Below are positions 13,501 through 23,675 of a stretch of DNA of 64,000 nt, one piece after another (positions within the stretch are counted from its first letter, which is position 1; every line of letters starts with the position of its first letter). Position numbers and translations under genes: made by a program. The notes beneath the pieces were generated by a model, which saw nothing but the letters and a program-made list of their open reading frames with translations, ran no database searches and was not told the origin of the DNA. The stretch is taken from the NCBI GenBank assembly GCA_951804945.1, contig OX638152.1:46996001-47060000 (forward strand), in the 5' to 3' direction. Origin of the DNA: Podarcis cretensis (lineage: Eukaryota).

Positions 13501-14100
13501 AAAAGTAACGGGACTTTAAAAAAAAAAAAAAATTTGGCTGAAAACGGGAAAGGCAAAAATTAAGGAAGTCTGCCTCCCCGGAACTGCAGAAGGAATAAAG
13601 CAACGAAAATCAAGCTGCACTTAAAGGGAACCTTTCTAATTTTTTTTAAGCTGTCAAACTGACATCGGACTTAAAACCTCCCCCCAGATTGGCAGGAGAA
13701 GGGGGGAAGGGATTGGAACGTTGTTAACCTGCTGAAAAATTAATGGAGAATTAAGACCTTCCATTGCCAAATCCCCTGGGGTCGGGCTGCCCAAACAAGA
13801 CACCGGGACGTGGACTGTCAAACTTTGAGAAGTGGGGATTTGTTTGCAAAAAAGTTATCGGACCTTAGATGTACTTTGCTGCATTTTGGCCACATAGAAA
13901 AATAGAGACATTACAATTTGGACATTGGAAACTTTTGGCTACTGTTATACTTCCTTGCTTCTTTGTTTTCTTCTATCTCTGCCATTTGGATACAATTGAA
14001 TGCTCCCTCTAGAGGGCTCTATCTGAAACTGTTGCACTTGAAAAAGTAACAGTGGGATTTTCCACTTGGGAATCAGCTCTGTGAAAACGACCTTGAGGAT

Positions 14101-15093
14101 ATGAGTGCCCCTACAGAAGAGATAGTAACAAGGCAGAAAGCAAAACAATCTCACAAGAAAAGGGCCTCTATATCAGGAACTGCAGCTGTCCAGGAAAAAA
14201 CACCAGCTTCTATGGATCCTATGACTCAGGCTCTACTTAAAATAAATCAATCCCTGGAAGCATTGACAAAACTTTCGACAGAGAATTCTAAAAAATTAAC
14301 AGAGTTGACAACAAGGTTGGATGTGAATACGGCTAGTGTTGCATCGAACACAGATTCTATAAATAGATTAATTCAGGAAAGTTCAGAAACACGAAAGATT
14401 GCAGAAAGTGCAAAAATAACGGCTGAAGAGACAAGGGAAAAATTTGGGCCTATTATTAAAAAAGTGAATGAGCATGATGCAGCCCTCTCCTTATTGGAAC
14501 TTCAACGTAAAGAGAAGAATTTAAAATTTAGATTGGTGCCTGAAGGGGAAGGGGACAACCTTGTGAAATTTCTCACAGAGAACATCATAACTTTTTGGCA
14601 GGAGGAATGGGAGGAAGATGAGGAACTTGAGATAATATCAGCCTTTCGACTGGGTAGAAGGCAGGACAAAAAACCAAGGGACTGCCTAATTACATTGAGA
14701 TCAAAAGAAGAAAGAGATAGAATATTGAATTTGCATTATCAAAAGGCATTGGTGATCCAAAATTGTCAGATACAGATTTTTAAGGACATTCCTAAATACA
14801 TTTTAGAGGTGAGAACATATTACAAGAGTTTAGTAGACCTGCTGAAGAAAAACACCATACCATTCAGATGGGAGTTTCCACAAGGATTGTCCTTTAACTT
14901 CAATGGAAGGAAGATTAAAATAAAAACAATTCAGGACAAAGAACTATTTCTAGAGAAATACCTGGAGGATCTGCAGAAAGGAACCGTGGAGGAGAGGGAA
15001 CCACCCGATATAGCAAATTTGTCATTTGGACTTTCATTACCACCATCGGAGGAAGAGCAGAAGCTTGGAGCAGTTGGAGGAACAGCTACCTAA
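14101..15093 (+). CDS. L1 ORF1p (coiled coil + RRM-like + C-terminal domain), 330 aa
   Basis: Open ORF directly upstream of ORF2. Heptad-like N-terminal region and L1-ORF1-type motifs (KNLKFRLVPE, AFRLG, IQIFKDIP, FRWEFPQGL). Confidence 0.9.
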   Translation: MSAPTEEIVTRQKAKQSHKKRASISGTAAVQEKTPASMDPMTQALLKINQSLEALTKLSTENSKKLTELTTRLDVNTASVASNTDSINRLIQESSETRKIAESAKITAEETREKFGPIIKKVNEHDAALSLLELQRKEKNLKFRLVPEGEGDNLVKFLTENIITFWQEEWEEDEELEIISAFRLGRRQDKKPRDCLITLRSKEERDRILNLHYQKALVIQNCQIQIFKDIPKYILEVRTYYKSLVDLLKKNTIPFRWEFPQGLSFNFNGRKIKIKTIQDKELFLEKYLEDLQKGTVEEREPPDIANLSFGLSLPPSEEEQKLGAVGGTAT

Positions 15094-15100
15094 ATACAAA

Positions 15101-18100
15101 ATGTCTCTGCAACTCCTTAGTTGGAACTGTAATGGTTTGAACCTTCCTCGGAAAAGAAGACAGGTTTTTCACATTTTGAAGAAAGAACAATTAGACATAA
15201 TATGTTTGCAAGAAACCCATATTGCCAGGATACACAGGAAATTACTAATAAATAAGAGACTCGGTCAAGAATTCATCTCATCAGACAAAGTAAAGAAAAG
15301 AGGTGTGGTGATCTATGCAAAGGAAAAGTTGGCTCCAAAATTAATATTTAAAGATGAACAAGGAAGATACCTGGCAATTGAAATACAAATTCAAGGAGAA
15401 AAGATATTAATTGTGGGAGTTTATGCCCCAAATGAAGGGAAGGCTGAATTTTTTAGGAAGTTGCATGAGACATTAGTTGACTTTTTAGATTATAAAATCC
15501 TAATGATGGGAGATATGAATGGAGTTGTCTCAACAAACATGGATAAAGCACAGAGACAAGTGATTTCGAAAGAAGGGAGACTACCAAGGATCTTTTTTGA
15601 AATGACTGAAACAATGGACTTGATTGACATTTGGAGAACAAAGAATCCTTTAGAGAGAGAGGGAACTTTCTTCTCAGAAGCAAAAATGACATGGACAAGA
15701 ATAGACCAAATTTGGATTTCTAGTAGTCTGGCGTCAAGAACAAAAAAAGTAGAAATCTGCCCAAAAACGTGCTCCGACCATAATGCGGTCAAGATGGAGA
15801 TGAAACTAACAACAACTGGTTCCTTTAGATGGAGAATGAATGACACCCTATTCAAGGATGAAGAGATCCATAAGAAGGCCCTTAAAACATTAAAAGATTA
15901 CTTTGAGATCAACAGGAAAACAGATGTGGAAAAAAGAATAATTTGGGACGCAAGCAAAGCCGTGATGCGAGGTTTCCTAATTCAACAAAATTCTATTAAG
16001 AGGAAGCAACAAAATGAAAAGAAGGAAAAAATTTTAGAAAAAATAAAAGAAGGAGAGAAGAAGTTGAGGTCCAAACCAAAGTCCCATGAGATTTTGAGAG
16101 AAATAAAGTTTCATCAGATGCAATACATGGAACTCATGAACCAACAAATAGAATGGAAGATAAAGCAAATGAGACAAAAAACTTTTGAATCAGCGGATAA
16201 ATGTGGGAAACTTCTGTCATGGCAATTGAAAAAAAGGCAGAAAATGAATACGGTAACAAGTTTAGAAATGGATGGAAAGATTATCCACAAACCCAACGAG
16301 ATCAACAATTGTTTTCAAAGCTTTTTTAAGAAATTGTATGCACAAGGGCCAACCAACGAGCAAGAAATAGAAGAATTCATCAGAAAATACGGTTTACCAA
16401 AAATCTCAGAACAAAGTAAAAGGATCTTAAACGAGGAAATAACAGAACAAGAAATAGAGGGTGCCATTCAAAATATGAAATTGGGAAAATCACCAGGACC
16501 AGATGGCCTGACGGCCAAATACTACAAAATGCTGAAAGAACGGCTGATACAACCATTGAAGGAAGTTTGCAATGAAATTTTGAAGGGGAAAAAGGCACCT
16601 GAATCGTGGAAAGAGGCTTTCATCTCACTTATACCGAAAACAGAGACTGAGAAGAACCAGGTTAAAAACTACCGCCCTATATCTTTACTCAATGTGGATT
16701 ACAAAATTTTTGCAGACATTTTGGCAAAAAGATTGAAAAGAGTGTTGGCAGAAGAGATTCATAAGGATCAAACAGGCTTTCTCCCAGGTAGACATATGTC
16801 AGACAATGTGAGGAACATTATAGACATTTTGGAGTTGCTGGACGTTGACATTAATAGGAAAGTAGTTTTGATTTTTGTGGACGCGGAGAAAGCCTTTGAC
16901 AACATTTGTTGGACTTTTATGAAAAAGAATCTCCAAGGGATGGGGGTAGGGCAAGGTTTTGAAAACGGTATAGGTGCAATATACTCTCAACAAAAGGCCA
17001 AATTAATTGTAAATAACGTGGTAACAGAAGAAATACCTATAGAAAAAGGTACACGACAGGGCTGCCCAATATCCCCTTTGCTTTTTATATCGGTCCTGGA
17101 GGTTTTGTTAAACATGATTAGAAAGGACCAGTTGGTTAAAGGAGTTCAGGTCGGAGTTAGACATTATAAATTAAGAGCATTTGCAGATGACCTAGTATTG
17201 ACTTTGCAACAGCCAGACACTAGTACTAAAAGAGTATTAGAACTAATTGAAACATTTGGTCGAGTAGCAGGTTTTAAATTGAATAGACAAAAAACGAAAG
17301 TGTTGGAAAAAAATTTAACAATGGAAGAAAGAGAGAGTTTTCAAAATGAAACAGGTTTGGAAATTACAAAAAGGGTAAAATACCTGGGGGTAAACTTAAC
17401 ATCCAAGAATGTGAACTTATTTAAGGATAATTATGAAAAATGTTGGTTAGAAGTTAAAAAGGATCTGGAAATATGGTCAAGGCTGAAACTTTCCTTGTTA
17501 GGCCGAATCGCTACTATTAAGATGAATGTATTGCCTAGAATGCTGTTTTTATTCCAGACGTTGCAGATTGTGGACAAGATGGACTGTTTCAAGAAGTGGC
17601 AGAAAGACATATCAAAATTTGTCTGGCAGGGCAAAAAGCCCAGAATTAAATTTAAGATTTTAACTGATGCAAAGGATAGAGGGGGGTTTGCCCTGCCGGA
17701 CTTAAGACTTTATTATGAATCAGCAGCCTTCTGCTGGTTGAAACACTGGCTACTTCTTGAGAACACTGACATTTTGGATCTGGAAGGGTATGACAATAGT
17801 TTTGGTTGGCATGCATATTTATGGTATGACAAGGTAAAGGTGTATAAAAGTTTTAAAAACCATATTGTAAGGAAAGCATTGTACAACGTTTGGATTAGAT
17901 ACAAAGATTTGTTGGAAAGTAAAACCCCTAGGTGGGTGTCACCAATGGAAGCTAGGGAAGTAAAAAAGCTTAATATGGATTCTAAATGGCCAAAATATCA
18001 TGAGATCATAGAATACGATGGTGAAAGGGTGAAACTTCAGAGTTATGAGAAACTAAAACCTAAGGTTCGAGATTGGTTGCATTACTATCAGATAAATGAG

Positions 18101-18838
18101 ACGTTTAAACAGGACAGGAAAATAGGATTTCAGAAAGAGAAGTCAAAATTAGAAACAGAATTGTTGGAACCCAATACTAAGAATTTATCAAGAATGTATA
18201 ACTTGCTGTTAAAATGGAATACACAGGATGAAACGGTGAAATCAGTTATGATCAAATGGGCACAAGATATAGGTCATGATATCATGTTTGCTGACTGGGA
18301 ACAATTATGGACCACCGGTATTAAATTTACTGCATGTAATGCTCTAAAAGAAAATATTATGAAAATGATCTACCGGTGGTACATGACCCCAGTCAAGCTA
18401 GCAAAGATTTATCATTTGCCTAATAATAAGTGTTGGAAATGTAATGAGACTGAAGGCACTTTCTACCACCTTTGGTGGACCTGCCCAAAGGTTAAAGCTT
18501 TCTGGGAAATGATCTATAATGAAATTAAGAAGGTCCTTAAGTGGACTTTTCCTAAGAAACCAGAGGCTTTCCTTTTGGGTATGGTGGGCCAAGTGGTGTT
18601 AAGAAAGGATAGGACTTTCTTTATGTATGCCACTACAGCAGCAAGAATTCTACTGGCAAAGTATTGGAAGACGCAAGAATTACCTACTCTGGAAGAATGG
18701 CAAACAAAGGTGATTGATTTTATGGGACTGGCCGAGATGACGGGCAGAATCCGGGACCAGGGGAAAGAGACAGTGGAAGAGGACTGGAAGAATTTCAAAA
18801 TATATCTTAAAAATAATTGTAAAATTGAGGAATGTTAA
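15101..18838 (+). CDS. L1 ORF2p: APE endonuclease + reverse transcriptase + CCHC knuckle, 1245 aa from the first ATG
   Basis: EN motifs SWNCNGLN, CLQETH, GDMN, RIDQIW, SDH. RT motifs KSPGPDG, YRPISLLNVDYK, GTRQGCPISP, FADD, KYLG. C-terminal CWKC-x8-H-x4-C. ATG at 15101; the track's start at 15026 is a TTG. Confidence 0.96.
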   Translation: MSLQLLSWNCNGLNLPRKRRQVFHILKKEQLDIICLQETHIARIHRKLLINKRLGQEFISSDKVKKRGVVIYAKEKLAPKLIFKDEQGRYLAIEIQIQGEKILIVGVYAPNEGKAEFFRKLHETLVDFLDYKILMMGDMNGVVSTNMDKAQRQVISKEGRLPRIFFEMTETMDLIDIWRTKNPLEREGTFFSEAKMTWTRIDQIWISSSLASRTKKVEICPKTCSDHNAVKMEMKLTTTGSFRWRMNDTLFKDEEIHKKALKTLKDYFEINRKTDVEKRIIWDASKAVMRGFLIQQNSIKRKQQNEKKEKILEKIKEGEKKLRSKPKSHEILREIKFHQMQYMELMNQQIEWKIKQMRQKTFESADKCGKLLSWQLKKRQKMNTVTSLEMDGKIIHKPNEINNCFQSFFKKLYAQGPTNEQEIEEFIRKYGLPKISEQSKRILNEEITEQEIEGAIQNMKLGKSPGPDGLTAKYYKMLKERLIQPLKEVCNEILKGKKAPESWKEAFISLIPKTETEKNQVKNYRPISLLNVDYKIFADILAKRLKRVLAEEIHKDQTGFLPGRHMSDNVRNIIDILELLDVDINRKVVLIFVDAEKAFDNICWTFMKKNLQGMGVGQGFENGIGAIYSQQKAKLIVNNVVTEEIPIEKGTRQGCPISPLLFISVLEVLLNMIRKDQLVKGVQVGVRHYKLRAFADDLVLTLQQPDTSTKRVLELIETFGRVAGFKLNRQKTKVLEKNLTMEERESFQNETGLEITKRVKYLGVNLTSKNVNLFKDNYEKCWLEVKKDLEIWSRLKLSLLGRIATIKMNVLPRMLFLFQTLQIVDKMDCFKKWQKDISKFVWQGKKPRIKFKILTDAKDRGGFALPDLRLYYESAAFCWLKHWLLLENTDILDLEGYDNSFGWHAYLWYDKVKVYKSFKNHIVRKALYNVWIRYKDLLESKTPRWVSPMEAREVKKLNMDSKWPKYHEIIEYDGERVKLQSYEKLKPKVRDWLHYYQINETFKQDRKIGFQKEKSKLETELLEPNTKNLSRMYNLLLKWNTQDETVKSVMIKWAQDIGHDIMFADWEQLWTTGIKFTACNALKENIMKMIYRWYMTPVKLAKIYHLPNNKCWKCNETEGTFYHLWWTCPKVKAFWEMIYNEIKKVLKWTFPKKPEAFLLGMVGQVVLRKDRTFFMYATTAARILLAKYWKTQELPTLEEWQTKVIDFMGLAEMTGRIRDQGKETVEEDWKNFKIYLKNNCKIEEC

Positions 18839-20042
18839 GATGTCAGGGGGTAAGAAGTAAAGAATTGCAGCAGTAAACAAAAAAAAAACTTAAGAAATAT
18901 TTACGAAAAGGAATTAAGACAATGGACTTAAGGGTTGCTAAAGAATTATTAAACAAGGATGCAGGGATGGGGAGGTATGGGGAAGTCAAAGAAAAAAGGT
19001 TATGAACCGATGAGTATGAAGTTATATTGTGTTATATTGCTGTTTATTATCTGTGTGGAAAATTAATAAAAATTATTATAAAAAAAAAAAAAATGAAACT
19101 ATTCCTTGAGTGTCTGTTGACTCCCACCTCCCTTTCCCGGGCGCAATATTTTTCCCATCCGAGGGCAAAGCCTCATAAGGCTACATTTGGAAGATTGTGG
19201 AGGAACAGAACCTCCATCTGCCTCCTGTTTAAGGACTTCAACTTGCTCACCTTAAGGTGAGAGATGTTTGCAGAGCTGTCAAGAAAACCAGAAAAAGAGC
19301 TCAACAGTTGCTGTGGGTGCTTTTTAGTGATGTCATAACTTCGCTGTTTGGTGATGTCATAATCATTTCTGCCTTTAGAGAAATATTGCCAGTCTCTGTC
19401 TTGGATAGCAAGTTTTCAGGTAGCTAAAACACATTTTAATGAAAACTACAATAGCCAGAGTAATTATTCTCCCACTGCCCCAATAGCTATTGACTGAGCT
19501 GACAACACAATGATTTCTGAAATTTAGGAGAAATCCCTGAAGTGCCTGGAAATTGACAGGCAACCAATGGCAGTCCTTTAATAGCAAAGTAATGTACTCT
19601 CTGCTACTAACTCCAGCTAACAGTGGCAGTCACTGAATTCTAGAGTAGCTGAAGTGTCCAAACAATAAAAGGCTGGCACACATAGTTATTGCTATAATTG
19701 GTCCTTGAGGTGACTAGGTGATAAATGATGGTATCTGAGATCCCTCTCTTAAAGGATAAAACTGTAGCTTCTGCTGAAACTCTTTGAATCCAAGGGCAAT
19801 TTGACATCACCATTTTAGACTGAGATGTGGTGAAGCAGTAGTTATTAGTTAGCGGGTTTCTTTTGTTCTTTTCTTGTGTATTCCATGCTTTTATTTTGTA
19901 TTTTTAATGTTGTGAACTACTCTGAGAGCTACACATGAAGGGAGGTATATAAATAAAATAAAAAATAAAATAATATAAATATAATTGCTACACTATTATG
20001 CCAGTCGAGAACTCACTTCAGTTTTCCCATGCTATCACCATG

Positions 20043-20188
20043 AATCATAGAATCATAGAGTTGGAAGAGACCACAAGGGCCATCGAGTCCAACCCCCTGC
20101 CAAGCAGGAAACACCATCAGAGCACTCCTGACATATGGTTGTCAAGCCTCTGCTTAAAGACCTCCAAAGAAGGAGACTCCACCACACT
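20043..20188 (-). mobile_element. CR1 3' end
   Basis: (AATCATAG)2 octamer tail, then agttggaagagaccacaagggccatcgagtccaacccc. Confidence 0.85.
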
Positions 20189-20967
20189 GTGAAGAAGAGA
20201 ATTTCTAAAAGGTGAACATAACCCAAATTTCCATTTCATCCATCCTTGTAAAGGAAATAGGAGGGTCTCTTCACCACAACTACAGACTGCTAGAACAGCC
20301 TGAAGTTGGCTTCAGATTTCCTTTGGCTCCATCTACATCATGAATTCAAAACTTTGTTGACTGGGGTGTGTGTGTGTGTGTGTGAAAATAATGCCTTGGT
20401 TATTGCTGATACTCTTCAGTTTCTGTAGCTGCAGTGAAGCCAAAAGCAGTATAAACATGCAAATTTTGGTGCTGGGTCAAGATGTTACCCCAAAATAGGA
20501 TAACAGTTGAGATGATTTGCCTCCGTTCAAATTACAGAAACATGATTATTTATGATTTATTGTATAGTATAGTTAGGAACATTTAATTGACTTTATAATT
20601 TATAATTGCAGACAATTCACCTTATTCACTTTGTTCTTTGTTTGTTTTGTTAAGTCATTATGACCTATTTTCAAAGTTAAACCAATTTCAAACTTGGGAG
20701 GTGGAAGAGGGAATCAGAAGGAAATACCCAGCCAAGTCATGCTCAGAACAGACCCACTTAGATCAATAGATAAGTATATTGATTGCAATGGGTCTGTTCA
20801 ATGACTAATGTTGGATATCACCTAGAAAGTTTGTTCTTGTACTTAAGCACGCAAAGCATAATTCTGCTATTTAGTATTTCTACAGTGGTTGTTCAGTATG
20901 GTAAGCTACAATCACGCTTCTTTCTTCCTGTGTGGTATTGTTGCTTGCCACTTTCAATTCCTTAGAC

Positions 20968-21141
20968 CAGAGCTTTCCAAACTGTGTCACGACACATTAG
21001 TGTGTCAGCTGCAGTGTGTAGGTCTGTTGTGCAAATGCTTGGAAAGGAGTTAGTTTAACCTCCATAGTAAAACTGAATTTCTGTGTCGCAAAAGGCATGT
21101 TTAAAAACTGTGCCACCAACATAAAAATTTGGAAGGCTCTG
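20968..21141. mobile_element. hAT-type MITE
   Basis: TIRs CAGAGCTTTCCAAA / TTTGGAAGGCTCTG. Perfect 8-bp TSD CCTTAGAC. Confidence 0.85.
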
Positions 21142-21934
21142 CCTTAGACCAATACTCATCTAATCAGAAAATGTCCGTACATGCAACTCACAAGTACAGA
21201 TTGTAATTTCATTAAAGGGGTATTTACTGAACTTGAGCAAGCTACTCACAGTAGTAATACAAAACAGAACCATGCGATATTTTTAAAGAAACTAACAAAT
21301 GTGTGCATTCAGTGCAGTAGCCTCAGTCTCACAAGAGTTGGCACTGCTATCTTCTTCCATGTAAAGGTTTAAACACTTATTACAGCATGTCATAAATTTT
21401 AACTTGTAATTGAAAATCTTTCCACTTTCTTAAGGGGGGAGGAAAATCTTGTATCACTTGCTACATAATTACAGGCTATGCAGCTGGTCTCTCAGGCTTT
21501 GCTAGAAATTTGAAAACATGAAACGCTGCACAAGCCCTAATCAAATTTTATTAAACGTTAAGCCAAAGAAATGTCATCACCCATACCACAGCATATCAGA
21601 GAGTAACAATGGCTCCATATCTAAGCCTAAATAAAGCAGAAAATTTAGGACTTGATTTTGGCCATATTTAGTTAGAAGTCGTTATGGATGCTCTCCATCA
21701 TTTAGGGACCTCACTGCCCTTCAATATAAATGTGTCAGTCCTATTTGCATGAAACACACATCAAAAAGAAAACTAGTCACATTAATAAGCTACTTGAAGA
21801 GGCACACCATTCCTACTAGTCAGTTTACATTGTCCAAACACTTTAGGAATTATATCTAACCACTTTGATTAACCACCTTTGGAATATTCTGGCGGCCAGA
21901 ATCTGGCCTGTATTTTACAATTTACACTCTAAAA

Positions 21935-22070
21935 CAGGCATAGGCAAACTCGGCCCTCCAGATGTTTTGGGACTACAACTCCCATCATCCCTGACCACTG
22001 GTCCTGTTAGCTAGGGATGATGGGAGTTGTAGTCCCAAAACATCAGGAGGGCCGAGTTTGCCTATGCCTG
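21935..22070. mobile_element. Palindromic hAT-type MITE, 136 bp
   Basis: CAGGCATAGGCAAACTCGG...CCGAGTTTGCCTATGCCTG. TSD 6/8 (CTCTAAAA / ATCTAAAG). Confidence 0.88.
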
Positions 22071-22251
22071 ATCTAAAGCAACATTCAATTGTAAAACCTA
22101 TTATTTCAGTCATGGGTATCAAGCTGGTGATCTAACAATTTCTTGTTTACCTACAGTAGTTTGACATGAGTCATACCTGATTAAACGTTTTCCTTGTCTT
22201 TGTGAGGTATTGTGGGTTTAAACTTATGCAGATTTTTTAGAACAATATATA

Positions 22252-22497
22252 CAGTGGAACCTCGGTTTTCGAATGTAATCTGTTCCGGACATCCATTTGA
22301 CTTCCGAAATGTTCAGAAACCGAGAATCAATGAGCTGACTGCAAAGTCAATTGGGGGGGGGGGATCAAAAACGTGCCTCGGAAGCCATTCGACTTCCAAG
22401 GTGCGTTCAAAAACAGAAGCATTCACTTCTGGGTTTTTGGTGTTCGGCTTCCAAAATGTTCAGCAGCCGAGACGTTCGAAAACCAAGGTTTGGCTGC
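22252..22497. mobile_element. Tc1/mariner (Tigger-like) MITE with degraded right TIR
   Basis: TA|CAGTGGAACCTCGGTTTTCGAA on the left; TTCGAAAACCAAGGTTTGGCTG on the right. Confidence 0.7.
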
Positions 22498-23536
22498 ACC
22501 AGGTATTTTTATCCTTGATAAAATGCATGCTGTGTTGGGTCACCGATTCAAATGGGCTACTCCTATAATAAACCTTGTAACCAGCCAGAGCATAAATTCT
22601 GCATGGTACTGTTTTTAAAATGCCACTATGTTTTCAAAACAGATTATGAATTTGTTGATATTCATTCATGATCTATAAATGTAAAGAAAAAAATGCAAAT
22701 GAAACAATAAATATCTGTATGTTACGAACAATATTTTGCTCTAATCTGTTTCCAATAGTTTCTCTTCAGGATTTGCATTTGCTTTGACTTAATATTGAAT
22801 ATGTCTGATGTTGTTGTAGGCAACACTGGTGGTTAATTCATCTGATTCATGCATCCCCAGGGTGGCATGAATGCTTCTTGCTCATTGCTGTATTCTTGTT
22901 GTTCCAGTAATGAAAGTAAAGAACCACAATGTGGGACAGGTAAATGACATGGCTCCTTTCCTGACCTCTTTACAGATATAATCAAAGAGGGATGGGATCC
23001 ACCCACAAGGAAGTACTGTACGTCTGAGCGTATAAAATTAGCTCAGATGTTTAGGCATGTGAAATTTTAACTACCAGATGTAACCTAGGGCTACATTCAC
23101 AAGATAACACTCAGAGAAGTCCTGAGCATTATGATTAAAGTTGGGAGTGGTTGTGTGGTGTTTCTCCAATGTTTCTCACGGACATAGCTGAACACATATT
23201 TTACCTATATTTCTCCATGTTTGATTAATTAGCCAAACACAATGACTTTTGCAAACTTCCTGCCTCTCACACTCTGTCACTTAACAACAGCATCTGCCAG
23301 GCCAAGACTGATCCACAGGCTAGAGGTTCCTCATCACTGGATTCAATGGTGAGAGCTCTGTGCTCATTCATATTTGTCAGCCTAAAGGCAAAAACATTGT
23401 ACTGTGGAAGCACATGTTCAACAGGCAATAAAAATCCAGCACTCAACTAAAGTCCAAAACATTTTTCTGATAAATGTGATCAAGTACAGCAATCAGAATC
23501 ACCAGAAAGGAGAATAGCAATTAGTGTTTTTCATAC

Positions 23537-23675
23537 CTTCCTCTTGGCAAGTCATTGTCATCTTTCTTCCAACGCACTGTTGGCTGAGGATCCCCTTGTA
23601 CCTGGCATCTGAATTCTACAACTTCTTCCTCCAAAACCACTTGGTTGATTGGTCTCCTGAGAAATGTGGGTCGTT
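23537..23675 (-). CDS. ROBO2: ROBO2 internal coding exon (Ig3 N-half; exon 5 equivalent), 139 bp
   Basis: Hand translation (E)[45 protein letters not shown](R). Acceptor ttcaag, donor gtatga. Confidence 0.97.

Larger units (their letters stand above)
13167..19093 (+). mobile_element. Full-length L1-clade LINE, apparently intact
   Basis: CpG-rich 5'UTR, two open ORFs, AATAAA at 19065-19070, A14 tail at 19080-19093, and an identical 16-bp TSD TGAAACTATTCCTTGA at 13151-13166 and 19094-19109. Confidence 0.96.

Noticed and set aside
15026-15100. 25-aa N-terminal extension of ORF2 in the ORF track
   Set aside because: It starts at TTG inside ORF1. The EN domain begins right after the ATG at 15101.
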